Positions 36,672-46,490 of a DNA stretch of 64,000 bases are shown piece after piece; positions within the stretch are counted from its first letter, which is position 1; every line of letters begins with the position of its first letter. This DNA is from Dehalococcoidales bacterium (GTDB lineage Bacteria; Chloroflexota; Dehalococcoidia; Dehalococcoidales; UBA5627): NCBI GenBank assembly GCA_028707255.1, contig JAQTUQ010000007.1, forward strand, positions 209-64,208. Reading direction: 5' to 3'. A model generated the notes under the pieces. That model did not search any database. It worked only from the letters and a program-made list of their open reading frames with translations, and was not told where the DNA came from. The position numbers and the translations under genes are program-made.

Positions 36672-39662
36672 TTATCGTTTACCTCTAGATATAGGTTTTA
36701 TATACTTGCATCTTGGATACTTTGGGTAGCTGGAGCATCCTAAAAATCTACTACCTTTGGGATTCCGACGAACAACTAAAAATCCATGATGATGGCAACC
36801 TTTGCCATCCATTCCAGGACAAAGTTCTTGTGTTTGGACACCTATAGCATCTTCTTTTAATATTTCAAGGCTTGTAATTAACTCTTCAATTGTTGAGTTT
36901 CCTACAAATCTTCTCATCTGTTCGCCAGTATCACGATGACTGAGGATATTTAGGCTACCTTCCCAAGCAATGTCATTATCAATAATGGCTACTTTCTGAT
37001 GCATATTACGTTTTTCAATAACGTTAACGCCAATACTACGGCATTGATTCAATACAACATTTGATTGATTTGCCATCTCCCCAATTTGCTGACTTATTGG
37101 CCTTGTATATATCTTGATGTCAACATTTCTATCAACCATAGCCTTGAATAAATCCATAAACTTGGCTGAACGGTTTATAGATATAAAGGGGCTGAGTATG
37201 AAAAGACGTTGTTTTACAATTTTAATGTCTTTTATGAACTGCTCCCAAAAATTATGCTCAGTATATAATTCTCCTGATATTGGTTCATCTATCGTATCTT
37301 TACTGCTAAGCAACGCATCTGCCCATTTTTCAAAATCAGCAGTAAAATAATTATCCACCAAACACTCTGATTTAATACATTCTGCCTTTTGCTGTAAATA
37401 ATTAATTATTCGTGATAATAAGGCTTTATTACCAAGATCATCAAATAATTTTTTAGTATTGGCTACACAATAGAATTTGTCTTTAGCTCTAGTAAATGCA
37501 ACATTTAACAACTTTAATGTATCTGAATCAGGGCTTGCATCATTCAACATAGGAGCCGTTTTTAAACCTATTCCTTCAGTAGTATCAAATATTATTATTT
37601 GTTTTTCTCCCCCTTGAAAAGTATGGATATTATTTACTGCTAGCCTATTAGATAGTTGCCAATCTTTAACAATTTTATTAATTAATCGTGCTTGTGCTCT
37701 ATAAGGAGTAATTATCCCAATTTTATGATCAGACTCCTTTTGGATGATATTCCTTGCAAGCGTAGCACAAACTAATGCATTATAGAGATTAAACCTTCCG
37801 CCAGAAGAAAGTTGACTACACCAAGCATTCATATTTTCTGTTTCAATTAAAACCAATGGAGACACAGAAATGCCATCATCCAAAGCCAATCTGGTAGTAG
37901 AAGAATCGTTTTTTAGGACGCCCTGATAAATGAAACGATTTGAAATCTCGGAGATGGCAGGAACCATACGATATTGCGTATCCAATAGCATTACTCTTTC
38001 ATCATTCTGAGCCTTTGTTATCGTTGTAAGTTCCAATACATCGAAGATACTTCTAGCAAGCCATTTTTGTGCCATCGATTGCTCTGAGATACAAATAGGG
38101 GGCAATTGTAAAAAATCACCTACTATGACGATAGAATTACAACTTAATCCAGCAGCCCAATATAAATGAGGAAGTGGAGCCATACTGGCTTCATCTAAAA
38201 TTAAAACATCGAATTTTCTATTAGGAAGTTGTTTATCCGTACAGGTCTTTGTTAGGGTAGTGGCAACTAATTTTGCTTCTATGATAATGTTCTTTTGTAT
38301 ATCTTCCAACTCTTTTTTAATTTCAGCTATTCTAGATAGAATTACCTCTTTACGTGTCTCTTGTTTACTTTTCCTTTCCCTTAACTCTGTGAGTGTTATT
38401 GTATTCCCATAAGCAGAATTGTTTGCTTTTATTCTTGCTTCATTCAATTCAACTTGTTTTGCCTGAGATGTACCTTTAAGCTCTTTAGTTAATTCCATAT
38501 TGGATTCAAGAGTTCGGGCTATTGAATCGCGGCGAACACTTGTTTTATCAATCAAACGTTGAACATTATCAGGATAAAGACCGGTCAAAAATCGCCTGAA
38601 AGTACCATAAGATTGAGCCACTAATAACATTCTTTTATTTCTTGCTTGTATGTCATCAATTGATAACAATTCTTTTTTTATTGTCTCAACTTTGTTTAAA
38701 GCTTGAGATAAAGAGGTCTTAATGCTGTTGAGTTCACCAACCAAAGTCTCAACTTTTTTCACAGCAATAAATAAATTATCAATATCAAGTAAGATTTTTT
38801 CTACCTGTGCTTTTTCATATTCCAAAGAATGATTCTCTTTACTAAGTGCATCTCCCAATTTCTCCACTATCCTGTCAAGAAGAACCATAGGATAATTACC
38901 CTCCATATTTTTTAAATGTTCTTCTTGCGGTTTCCCCAATCTAACTAATTTACCCTCCTGATAAAACAATGAACTTTTTAAATGAGCAGCTATGTCTTTA
39001 AGTGCTTCATCAACAGCATTATTTGCATGCGAAACAAGTAATATACTTCTGCCTGCATTTAGGTGCGCTTCCACAATCCTTGCAATAGTTTTTGTTTTAC
39101 CTGTTCCCGGCGGTCCCCAAATTATCGAAAGTTTTGAGGAAAAAGCAGCTTTTATAGCATTTTTCTGAGCATCATTAGGCGGTTCTGCACTAAGTGTATA
39201 GTTTATTTCCTTCTGTTTTGAAGAATATTCTCCTGATAATTTCCCAAGGAAGAGGGCTTCACTCAAATTAAAATCTGAATTTTTTGTGGAATTACTTTTT
39301 TCTTCTAACTTTTTCTTAAGTGCTTCCAATAGATACCATAGATTAGTATAAAGCGTAGCTTCGGATATAAAACTACCAGAAAATCCTTCTATACCAATTT
39401 CAACTTCTAATCCCTGTGTCAATAATATTTGCGCACGATATTTAAACCCATTAATCTCTATTTCAGCAGGGGAATCATCCAACGTGGTAAGAAAGTTTTC
39501 TAAATTAAAAACATACACACTAAGCCCTGATATATTACGTAACAACCTACCATTAAATACTTTAACAATACTACCACCCTTACTTCTGCCTTTAGGATTT
39601 TTAAGAGCATCAATTTCTTCATCCAATGCTCGAATCAATTCACCAGCTAACTGTGATGCCAT
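36672..39662 (-). CDS. SF1 (Upf1/DNA2-like) helicase fused to a PLD-family nuclease and a topoisomerase-type C4 zinc finger; Mokosh type II-like
   Basis: 996 aa in an AT-rich gene. GPPGTGKT, VLILDEASM, IVGDFLQLPP, LDTQYRM, IITPYRAQ, TFQGGEKQIIIFD, NVAFTRAK, then HQKVAIIDNDIAWEGSLNILSH, then C..GC....GCSSYP..C. Confidence 0.85.
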   Translation of the reverse strand: MASQLAGELIRALDEEIDALKNPKGRSKGGSIVKVFNGRLLRNISGLSVYVFNLENFLTTLDDSPAEIEINGFKYRAQILLTQGLEVEIGIEGFSGSFISEATLYTNLWYLLEALKKKLEEKSNSTKNSDFNLSEALFLGKLSGEYSSKQKEINYTLSAEPPNDAQKNAIKAAFSSKLSIIWGPPGTGKTKTIARIVEAHLNAGRSILLVSHANNAVDEALKDIAAHLKSSLFYQEGKLVRLGKPQEEHLKNMEGNYPMVLLDRIVEKLGDALSKENHSLEYEKAQVEKILLDIDNLFIAVKKVETLVGELNSIKTSLSQALNKVETIKKELLSIDDIQARNKRMLLVAQSYGTFRRFLTGLYPDNVQRLIDKTSVRRDSIARTLESNMELTKELKGTSQAKQVELNEARIKANNSAYGNTITLTELRERKSKQETRKEVILSRIAEIKKELEDIQKNIIIEAKLVATTLTKTCTDKQLPNRKFDVLILDEASMAPLPHLYWAAGLSCNSIVIVGDFLQLPPICISEQSMAQKWLARSIFDVLELTTITKAQNDERVMLLDTQYRMVPAISEISNRFIYQGVLKNDSSTTRLALDDGISVSPLVLIETENMNAWCSQLSSGGRFNLYNALVCATLARNIIQKESDHKIGIITPYRAQARLINKIVKDWQLSNRLAVNNIHTFQGGEKQIIIFDTTEGIGLKTAPMLNDASPDSDTLKLLNVAFTRAKDKFYCVANTKKLFDDLGNKALLSRIINYLQQKAECIKSECLVDNYFTADFEKWADALLSSKDTIDEPISGELYTEHNFWEQFIKDIKIVKQRLFILSPFISINRSAKFMDLFKAMVDRNVDIKIYTRPISQQIGEMANQSNVVLNQCRSIGVNVIEKRNMHQKVAIIDNDIAWEGSLNILSHRDTGEQMRRFVGNSTIEELITSLEILKEDAIGVQTQELCPGMDGKGCHHHGFLVVRRNPKGSRFLGCSSYPKYPRCKYIKPISRGKR

Positions 39663-39757
39663 ATTTACCTCTTAACCATTATTTGTTATGTTATATCCTA
39701 TATGAACTGTAAACAAAATATTGGAGCTTGCAATTATATTTCTTTTGAAAATCCCCA

Positions 39758-40300
39758 CTACGGCAAACCGTATATCCCGGCGGCGCTGTCGAAGAAGATT
39801 TGAGCGTGGGGCGGGTCGTAGGTGTACACAACTAAAACAATCGCCAGCGCAACGAGAAGCAGTATAGCGACATAGTTCAAATATTTCGGCAGCGGGTCGA
39901 ACGTCATAACCCACGCGCCGACCAGTTGCCCGATAATAATCGCGCCGATGAAAATGGAGATATCCGCCACCGCTAACTGTTCACCAACCATGTAATAATA
40001 GGTATAAAAAACGGCGCCGATTAATAAAAGGATTAGAAGAACGGCAACTGCTTTGGCTATTATGAAATTATTGGCATGGTAACCGATATAGCGGTATTCG
40101 ATGATGGCGAATATCAGCATCGGGTACAGGATAACCTTGAAATGCTCCCAGATACTGTTGTTTACCGGCACAATCGCCCCGATAACATCAAACTCGCCGG
40201 TTAGGAAAAACAGGAAATGCCACAGGGTTGCGATAACGGCAACGCCGACGATACCCAGCAGTGCCCACTGGAAAACATATCCCCTGACTCGAGTATCCAT
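39758..40300 (-). CDS. DUF6512-like membrane protein
   Basis: 180 aa. PVNNSIWEHFKVILYP resembles DUF6512 from memory. Confidence 0.6.
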   Translation of the reverse strand: MDTRVRGYVFQWALLGIVGVAVIATLWHFLFFLTGEFDVIGAIVPVNNSIWEHFKVILYPMLIFAIIEYRYIGYHANNFIIAKAVAVLLILLLIGAVFYTYYYMVGEQLAVADISIFIGAIIIGQLVGAWVMTFDPLPKYLNYVAILLLVALAIVLVVYTYDPPHAQIFFDSAAGIYGLP

Positions 40301-40431
40301 ACCTCAATGGTAATCAACGGTAACGCTCAAGTCAATACTTTTTTTAGAATATTTTTTGGAGTAAAAAGAAAGGTGCTGCGGAAATTTCCGCAGCACCTGG
40401 TTCACGCGATATTATTTCAGCTAATATCGGA

Positions 40432-40677
40432 CTAAATAAAACCGCCGCCCGTAGCCAATCTGACAATACCGTAAACTATGAGAATAGCATTGATTACGAT
40501 ACCGGCTGTACCGATTCCTTTATTTTTCCCCCTGCTAACACCGACGATACACAGTATCAGTCCCAGCCCGGCAACCGGAATATTTAACCAGTTAAGCCAT
40601 CCCAGAAACGGAACGACGGATACCGTAGCCCCGATACCGGTAAGAATGCCGATTATAAAACCGACTATACTCATCAA
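40432..40677 (-). CDS. small membrane protein
   Basis: 81 aa, 3 TM segments. Confidence 0.5.
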   Translation of the reverse strand: MMSIVGFIIGILTGIGATVSVVPFLGWLNWLNIPVAGLGLILCIVGVSRGKNKGIGTAGIVINAILIVYGIVRLATGGGFI

Positions 40678-40770
40678 AAGACTCCTTTATTTATAATATA
40701 TAAATATTATCACTACGGAATACGGTTAACAATAAGCCCTGCATATTTTAAAAAGACTTTCCCGAGATAA

Positions 40771-40889
40771 TGTCATTGCGAGTTTTCCCGAAGGGAAGGC
40801 GCGGCAATCTCTACCGATTGTTTTAATGACGCCATACAGTCTATTCGGTAAAGATTGCTTCATCCGCCTGCGGCGTCTTCGCAATGACA
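40771..40889. repeat. module A unit, inverted relative to 34097-34216
   Basis: TGTCATTGCGAGTTTTCCCGAAGGGAAGGCGCGGCAATCTCTACCGAT...AAGATTGCTTCATCC...CGCAATGACA. Confidence 0.85.
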
Positions 40890-40934
40890 TCCCCTATTTG
40901 CCATGCTTGATTAGCGTGCGACGAATCAGCCACT

Positions 40935-41768
40935 TCAAGCGGTTATCAGAGCCAAAGCCAGCGCACCTGGTCCGGCATGTACGCCGAGGGCTGGCCCCAA
41001 CCTGGCTATTTTAGCCTTTTTACCGCATAAGGTTTCGAGCCGTTCAGCCAGCGCTTTGGCTTCATCCGGGGTGGTGGAATGCATAACGGAAATATCATCG
41101 ATAGCGCCCGCTTTTTCGGCATAACCGTAAAGAATTTCTATTGCCTTATCACGGCTGCGCGCTTTGGCAGCCGGCAGGAATTCCCCGTCTTTAAGCATCA
41201 GCAGGGGTTTGATATTCAATACATTACCAAGTAAGGCCTTCCCTTTGCCGATACGCCCGCCCATAGCCAGATACTTAAGGGTATCGAAGGCTGCCCAGAT
41301 ATGCGTGCGGTCAATTAACTGTTTAACTTGCTCGACCGCCTGCTGAAAATCCGTACACGACGCGACTATTTGAGCCGCTTTAATAACTATCAGCCCCACA
41401 CCCATCGATACCGACTGCGTATCGATTACTTCAATCGGACAACTTGGGGAAACTATATCTTTGCCGCGAAGTGCTGAATTAACAGTGCCGCTCAATTTGC
41501 TGGCGATATGTATAGAGATGATTGCGTCGGCATCTTTTGAGAGGTTTTTATAAACATCGACGAAATCCTGCGGGCTGGGTTGGGAGGTGGTGGGATGCAC
41601 CGGAAAATGCAATAACCTTTCGTAGAACTCGGATTCTGTAATGTCTATGCGGTCGCGATAGGTCTTGTTGCCGAATTGTACATAAACGGGAACTACGGTG
41701 ATGCCGAACTCCTCGGCCAATGATTGCGGGATATCGCAGGTGCTGTCGGTCACGATCTTGATTGCCAT
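40935..41768 (-). CDS. DegV family fatty-acid-binding protein
   Basis: 277 aa. IKIVTDSTCDIP...TSQPSP... Confidence 0.9.
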   Translation of the reverse strand: MAIKIVTDSTCDIPQSLAEEFGITVVPVYVQFGNKTYRDRIDITESEFYERLLHFPVHPTTSQPSPQDFVDVYKNLSKDADAIISIHIASKLSGTVNSALRGKDIVSPSCPIEVIDTQSVSMGVGLIVIKAAQIVASCTDFQQAVEQVKQLIDRTHIWAAFDTLKYLAMGGRIGKGKALLGNVLNIKPLLMLKDGEFLPAAKARSRDKAIEILYGYAEKAGAIDDISVMHSTTPDEAKALAERLETLCGKKAKIARLGPALGVHAGPGALALALITA

Positions 41769-41852
41769 ATGGGATACCTCCTTAATTATTTTTACGGGGG
41801 TACAGTATTTTTCACTTTTATTTCTAATAATACTGAAGATAACGAAAAACGA

Positions 41853-42431
41853 TTACATACACAGCATGCCTGTATAATTCTTCAATCGCCGGCGCATCCT
41901 CCTGCCATCGCCTACCAATTTATCCATTTCCGCCCAGAAAAGCGGACCGTGGTCTTTTATCCGGGTATGTACCAATTCGTGCAGTATAACGTAATCCATC
42001 AATTCTTCGGGCAGCCTGACCAGCTTTATATTGAGACTGATATTATTTTTAACCGAACAACTGCCCCAGCGCGTCTTCTGATTACGAATGCTCACACGGT
42101 TATAAGTAAATGCATACCTTTTTGCAAGCAAAGCCAACCTTTTCACAAGTCTTTCTCTGGCAGCGGTTTTCTCTTTATCATCGAAACTGTCGAACTTTTT
42201 CCCGGATTCTACGGCGGATTCAAAATTTTTCATCTTTTCGAGATGTTTCCTGATCCATTTCATTTTCGAAAGGACGAATCTTTCAGCTTGTAAATAAGAA
42301 GATGAATAGGGAACACTTACACGCACGCCGTAAAAAGGGGCAACAGAAACACTGATAAGCCTGGCTTTCCTGCTGCGCTTAAAGAGTACGGGAACGCCTT
42401 CGATTTCAAGAGTTTTCGTTTCTGTAACCAA
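41853..42431 (-). CDS. M48/YgjP-like (DUF45) metallopeptidase
   Basis: 192 aa. WGSCS and the HELVHTRIKDH motif. Confidence 0.8.
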   Translation of the reverse strand: MVTETKTLEIEGVPVLFKRSRKARLISVSVAPFYGVRVSVPYSSSYLQAERFVLSKMKWIRKHLEKMKNFESAVESGKKFDSFDDKEKTAARERLVKRLALLAKRYAFTYNRVSIRNQKTRWGSCSVKNNISLNIKLVRLPEELMDYVILHELVHTRIKDHGPLFWAEMDKLVGDGRRMRRRLKNYTGMLCM

Positions 42432-42611
42432 TTGCTTCCGCTTATTATATCATTTTTTAATGTCATAAAATATATATTAATGCTATAATAGCGGTAATAT
42501 TTTTTTGTATTTTAAGATAATTTATAAAACTTTGCACATTTTCCATTAATGGGTTAAATTATTATAGAATGATAGTACGGCTATAAACTTCAAAGGAGGG
42601 AGTGTTTCCAA

Positions 42612-43328
42612 ATGGTTCAGACAGAAGGGCTTAACTTGAATCTCGTAATTGATGAGAGCTACCCCGGGTTGATGAAAAAAGGGATTGAATACAGATTCGA
42701 TGGTGATTTGAAAAGCGATTACAATATCGAAATCGAGCTCGATAAAAAGCTTTATGTGACAGGCGTTATCGAGGCAAACAGGAATATTAAAAGCAACAAA
42801 AGCCTTAAAGCCGGAGAAAATATAAGAGCAGGCCATAGTATAAATATTTCGGATGGTGATATCGAATGTGGAGAAACCATAGTTGCCGGAGTAGATATAA
42901 TCGCAGAAGGTAATATTAAAGCTAGTTACTGTGTAGAAGCTACCGGTAATATCCAATCAGGGAAAATGATTAAATCCGGCTGGGATATGAAGGCAGGAGT
43001 GGATATCAAAGCAGGAATGGGAATCGAATCCAGAGAAGGTATTAAAGCCGGGCGAAATATAAAGGCGGCACAGGATATAAGAGCTGATAAACGCATAGAG
43101 GCAGGCGGAGATATAGAAGCCGGTTGGGGAATCAGGTCGGTACTGTGTATTTCGTGCGAAGGAACACTGAGCGCGCAATACGGAATATTTGCCGGTGTCT
43201 GTACCTATAAAGTTATCGCCAGTGATGACTCTCTGCTTGAAGCCAACGACAGGAAGATTTTTTGCCGAAAACTTATCTCCGGTGATGTTCTATACGGAAT
43301 CCTGGTAGAAAGAGAAAAGGGCAACTAA
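42612..43328 (+). CDS. hexapeptide-repeat beta-helix protein (bactofilin/FapA-like), function unknown
   Basis: 238 aa. About 24 consecutive 6-residue repeats such as IKAGVD / IKAGMG / IESREG / IKAGRN. RBS AAGGAGGG. Confidence 0.7.
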   Translation: MVQTEGLNLNLVIDESYPGLMKKGIEYRFDGDLKSDYNIEIELDKKLYVTGVIEANRNIKSNKSLKAGENIRAGHSINISDGDIECGETIVAGVDIIAEGNIKASYCVEATGNIQSGKMIKSGWDMKAGVDIKAGMGIESREGIKAGRNIKAAQDIRADKRIEAGGDIEAGWGIRSVLCISCEGTLSAQYGIFAGVCTYKVIASDDSLLEANDRKIFCRKLISGDVLYGILVEREKGN

Positions 43329-43346
43329 TCACCCTCGGAATATAAT

Positions 43347-43396
43347 AAGCCTCTGTTTACTGCTTATGTTTAATAGCAAACAGAGGCTTATTTTTT
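43347..43396 (+). terminator. rho-independent terminator
   Basis: TAAGCCTCTGTTT...AAACAGAGGCTTA followed by TTTTTT. Confidence 0.65.
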
Positions 43397-43427
43397 GCCC
43401 GGTTCATTATTACAGTTATTAAAAGAT

Positions 43428-43622
43428 TTAATTAATTTTTTTCTTGCCCTCTTTCGCTTTTTCAGCAACCATTTTCATGTCAAGACGCCCGGGTCCGCCG
43501 CATTGCGGTATATAACAGGTTACATCGCTGAAAATACATTCGGCATGGCAACTCGGGCATTTTTCGGGGGGCAATTCGGCCTGCAGGACATAATCGCACT
43601 CACTACACATCCACCAGTTCAT
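43428..43622 (-). CDS. rubredoxin-like zinc-ribbon protein
   Basis: 64 aa. CSEC...CPSC. Confidence 0.6.
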   Translation of the reverse strand: MNWWMCSECDYVLQAELPPEKCPSCHAECIFSDVTCYIPQCGGPGRLDMKMVAEKAKEGKKKIN

Positions 43623-43732
43623 AGTTACCTCCTCAAATATTTATTTAGATATCCATCCAAGATTATCATAATACCCTGACTACATTGTATCAGATTTTCA
43701 GAAAGATATTATTATGAAAGACTTAACTCCGT

Positions 43733-44497
43733 TTAAAGGTTAACCTGAATCCCCCTGCTTTTTAAATACTCCTTAACCTGCCTGATGCTTAGAAGGCGGT
43801 AATGAAACACCGAAGCCGCCAGCAGAATCTGCGCTCCGCCCTTGATCACTCCTTCGTAAAAATGCTCAAGCGTTCCGGCTCCCCCCGAAGCCACCACCGG
43901 CAGCGTTACCGCATCGGCAATAGCCTTTGTAAAATCGAGGTCGTATCCGGTCTGCATTCCGTCCCCGTCGATGCTGGTCGGAAGAATTACTCCTGCCCCC
44001 AGTTTCTGGCACTGCTTCGCCCAAATTACTGCATCCTGCCCAACAGGACTGGTACCACCACAGACTACCAACTCGAATCCCGAGGGCAAATCCCTGTTTC
44101 TGCGCGCATCGATAGCCACTGTTATTTTTTCGGAACCGAATTTTAAAGCAGCCTGCTTTACAAGAATCGGATTTTTAACTGCGGCGCTGTTCATGGATAC
44201 CTTGCTGGCTCCGGCTTCGAGAACCAAATCTATATCCTTAAGAGAGGATATCCCCCCACCGACGGTTAAAGGAATCTTTATGGCAGCAGATACCTTGCGT
44301 ACCCATTCGAGACGGGTTTTGCGGTTTTCCAGTGTTGCCGCTATATCCAGCATCGCCAGTTCATCGGCGCCTTCTTTCTCATAAAAAGCGGCGTTTTCAA
44401 CAGGGTCTCCAGCTTCCTTCATGCCGACAAAATTAATCCCTTTAACCACTCTGCCGTCTTTCATATCCAGGCAGGGCATTATTTTTACTGCGCTCAT
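43733..44497 (-). CDS. hisF: imidazole glycerol phosphate synthase cyclase subunit
   Basis: 254 aa. KIMPCLDMKDGRVVKG...GADELAMLDI...VGGGI...ASVFHY. Confidence 0.92.
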   Translation of the reverse strand: MSAVKIMPCLDMKDGRVVKGINFVGMKEAGDPVENAAFYEKEGADELAMLDIAATLENRKTRLEWVRKVSAAIKIPLTVGGGISSLKDIDLVLEAGASKVSMNSAAVKNPILVKQAALKFGSEKITVAIDARRNRDLPSGFELVVCGGTSPVGQDAVIWAKQCQKLGAGVILPTSIDGDGMQTGYDLDFTKAIADAVTLPVVASGGAGTLEHFYEGVIKGGAQILLAASVFHYRLLSIRQVKEYLKSRGIQVNL

Positions 44498-44669
44498 TAC
44501 GGTTAAACCTTCCTTATATGTTTAATTACCTTACTGATAGAATTCTACCACTTGCAAATGCTTTTCGCCACGCCCTTAAATAAAGTGTCCCGATGTACGT
44601 TACCGTTATGGTATAATTTGATTATAAAATAATAAACGGAAAAACAGGAAACAGATTAGTTATCGAAAA

Positions 44670-45284
44670 ATGGATAATATAAAGATTGCGGTTATTATCC
44701 TGATATTTCCGATGATATTATCAGCCGGTATCTTCACGATACCCTACGTTTCCGATTATTCAAACAATTTGATAACCGAAGCTGCCGCCCTGCAAAGCGG
44801 AAGATGGCTATGGGGACATATCATCAGCGCTCTGGCCTTCGGCTGGGCAATTATCGTCGCCCACTATATTACCCAATATCTGTACTATAACGAGCAAAAC
44901 CGCATCGGAACTGTCAGCCTGTATCTTACCGCCGCCGGAGGCGTTCTTATGGCTATTGGACTGGGCGCCGACGGCATCGGGCCGGTTGCCGTTATAAACG
45001 GCGGCGCAGCGGCGGCGGTCTTTTTTGAAGGCAGCGGAATGATGATTACCGCAATATTTATGGCGGGGATAATTCTGTTCGGCTTCGGGTTGATAAACCA
45101 GATTACAGGCTTAAGGCATACCGGATTGATTCCCGATGTACTCGCTTTTGTACTGATAGTATGCGCCATATTGTTTATGGGGTTTGCCTCCCTTCCATCC
45201 AGCATGGGATTATACTGTATTGCCTATTTATCCGTTTTAACGTACGGCTGCCTGAGCGTATTATTCTGTCTCTCTGCAAAATGA
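44670..45284 (+). CDS. hypothetical membrane protein
   Basis: 204 aa, about 6 TM segments. Confidence 0.6.
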   Translation: MDNIKIAVIILIFPMILSAGIFTIPYVSDYSNNLITEAAALQSGRWLWGHIISALAFGWAIIVAHYITQYLYYNEQNRIGTVSLYLTAAGGVLMAIGLGADGIGPVAVINGGAAAAVFFEGSGMMITAIFMAGIILFGFGLINQITGLRHTGLIPDVLAFVLIVCAILFMGFASLPSSMGLYCIAYLSVLTYGCLSVLFCLSAK

Positions 45285-45359
45285 TTAAGATATACGGGTA
45301 TTGACAGAAAACAAGCTCGTGCTAGAATTATTCAATATTAATCGGCGGAGGTAATATAA

Positions 45360-45638
45360 ATGGAATTATCGGAACAGGAAATTTACGAGGAAGCCAGGAA
45401 AAGGGTTAAAAAGAAGCGGGAGTTTTACAGCCATCTGGGAGCCTATGTCATTGTAAACGTCGTACTCGTGATAATATGGTTGTTATCGGGGAGAGGATAC
45501 ATGTGGTTCCTGTGGCCGCTCGGAATCTGGGGGGTATTCGTGGTCTGGAACTTTATAGAGGTATTCGTGCTGGATACCGTGATATCCGAAAAGGCTGCCA
45601 TCGCCAAAGAAGTAGAGAAAATCAAGAGAGAAAAATAG
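45360..45638 (+). CDS. 2TM domain protein
   Basis: 92 aa. KKREFYSHLGAYVIVNVVLVIIW...WFLWPLGIWG. Confidence 0.7.
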   Translation: MELSEQEIYEEARKRVKKKREFYSHLGAYVIVNVVLVIIWLLSGRGYMWFLWPLGIWGVFVVWNFIEVFVLDTVISEKAAIAKEVEKIKREK

Positions 45639-45732
45639 CACACCATCCGGGCAGGTATCGGATTCCAGATTAAATCCAAACCAGAGCCTGCCCGGTTAAA
45701 TAATCTTATTTACTTTTTAAGAGATTATTGTT

Positions 45733-45870
45733 TAGATATTAGCGATAATCCCCAGTATACCTGTTACAATCAGAAAAGCGGCTACTATGTAATTTAGAAT
45801 TTTCGGCCAGATTAGAACGATGATGCCGGCAACCAGAGTTAATATCGCGATGACTAATCCCCATTCCATA
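45733..45870 (-). CDS. DUF3096-like small membrane protein (45 aa)
   Basis: Own translation MEWGLVIAILTLVAGIIVLIWPKILNYIVAAFLIVTGILGIIANI. Below the ORF-track cutoff. Confidence 0.5.
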
Positions 45871-46111
45871 GAAATAACCCTCCCTTATAGTATTTAAAAG
45901 TCAATTGTTTCTTTACCGACAATAACAGAGATAATTGCGACAAGCAGTTGATAATTATCAGGCGCTACCACAATATTATATAGGGTATTATGCTACCGAA
46001 TTTAACCGCTGTCAATGGGTTTTTTACTGAATTACCTGCAAATAATTTTCATATCGATATTCTGAGCAAGGCTGGACTATTGCGTTGTTTTAAATCATAA
46101 TTATTATCGAA

Positions 46112-46453
46112 ATGTCCGATAGCAAGCGAATAGAACGGGAAAGCAAAACCGTGATAACGATGATTGCCATGTATTGCAGAAAGAATCATTCGATTACCGG
46201 ATTGTGCAGCGACTGCCGAGAGATGAAAAACTATGCCTTAAAAAGACTTGAAAGCTGCCCTTTCGGAGAGGGAAAAACAACCTGCGCCAAATGCCAGGTT
46301 CACTGTTATAACCCGCAGATGAGGCAGCGAATCAGAAAAGTGATGAGCTATGCCGGCCCCCGCATGATATATACCCACCCGATTCAGGCTGTACGCCATC
46401 TCATTGACGGCAGGCGCAAGATACCGTTAAAAAGAGAGCAGGATGTTAAATAG
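46112..46453 (+). CDS. nitrous-oxide-stimulated promoter (YgbA) family protein
   Basis: 113 aa. MIAMYCRKNH...LCSDC...CPFGEGKTTCAKCQVHCY. Confidence 0.8.
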   Translation: MSDSKRIERESKTVITMIAMYCRKNHSITGLCSDCREMKNYALKRLESCPFGEGKTTCAKCQVHCYNPQMRQRIRKVMSYAGPRMIYTHPIQAVRHLIDGRRKIPLKREQDVK

Positions 46454-46490
46454 AGGATAATCCGCTCAACCATAAATGAATAACAATCAA

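Noticed and set aside
42546-43178. Two minus-strand ORFs (136 and 73 aa) opposite the hexapeptide-repeat gene
   Set aside because: They arise from the 18-nt periodic repeat, which keeps several frames open. Only the plus-strand ORF has a strong RBS and a terminator.
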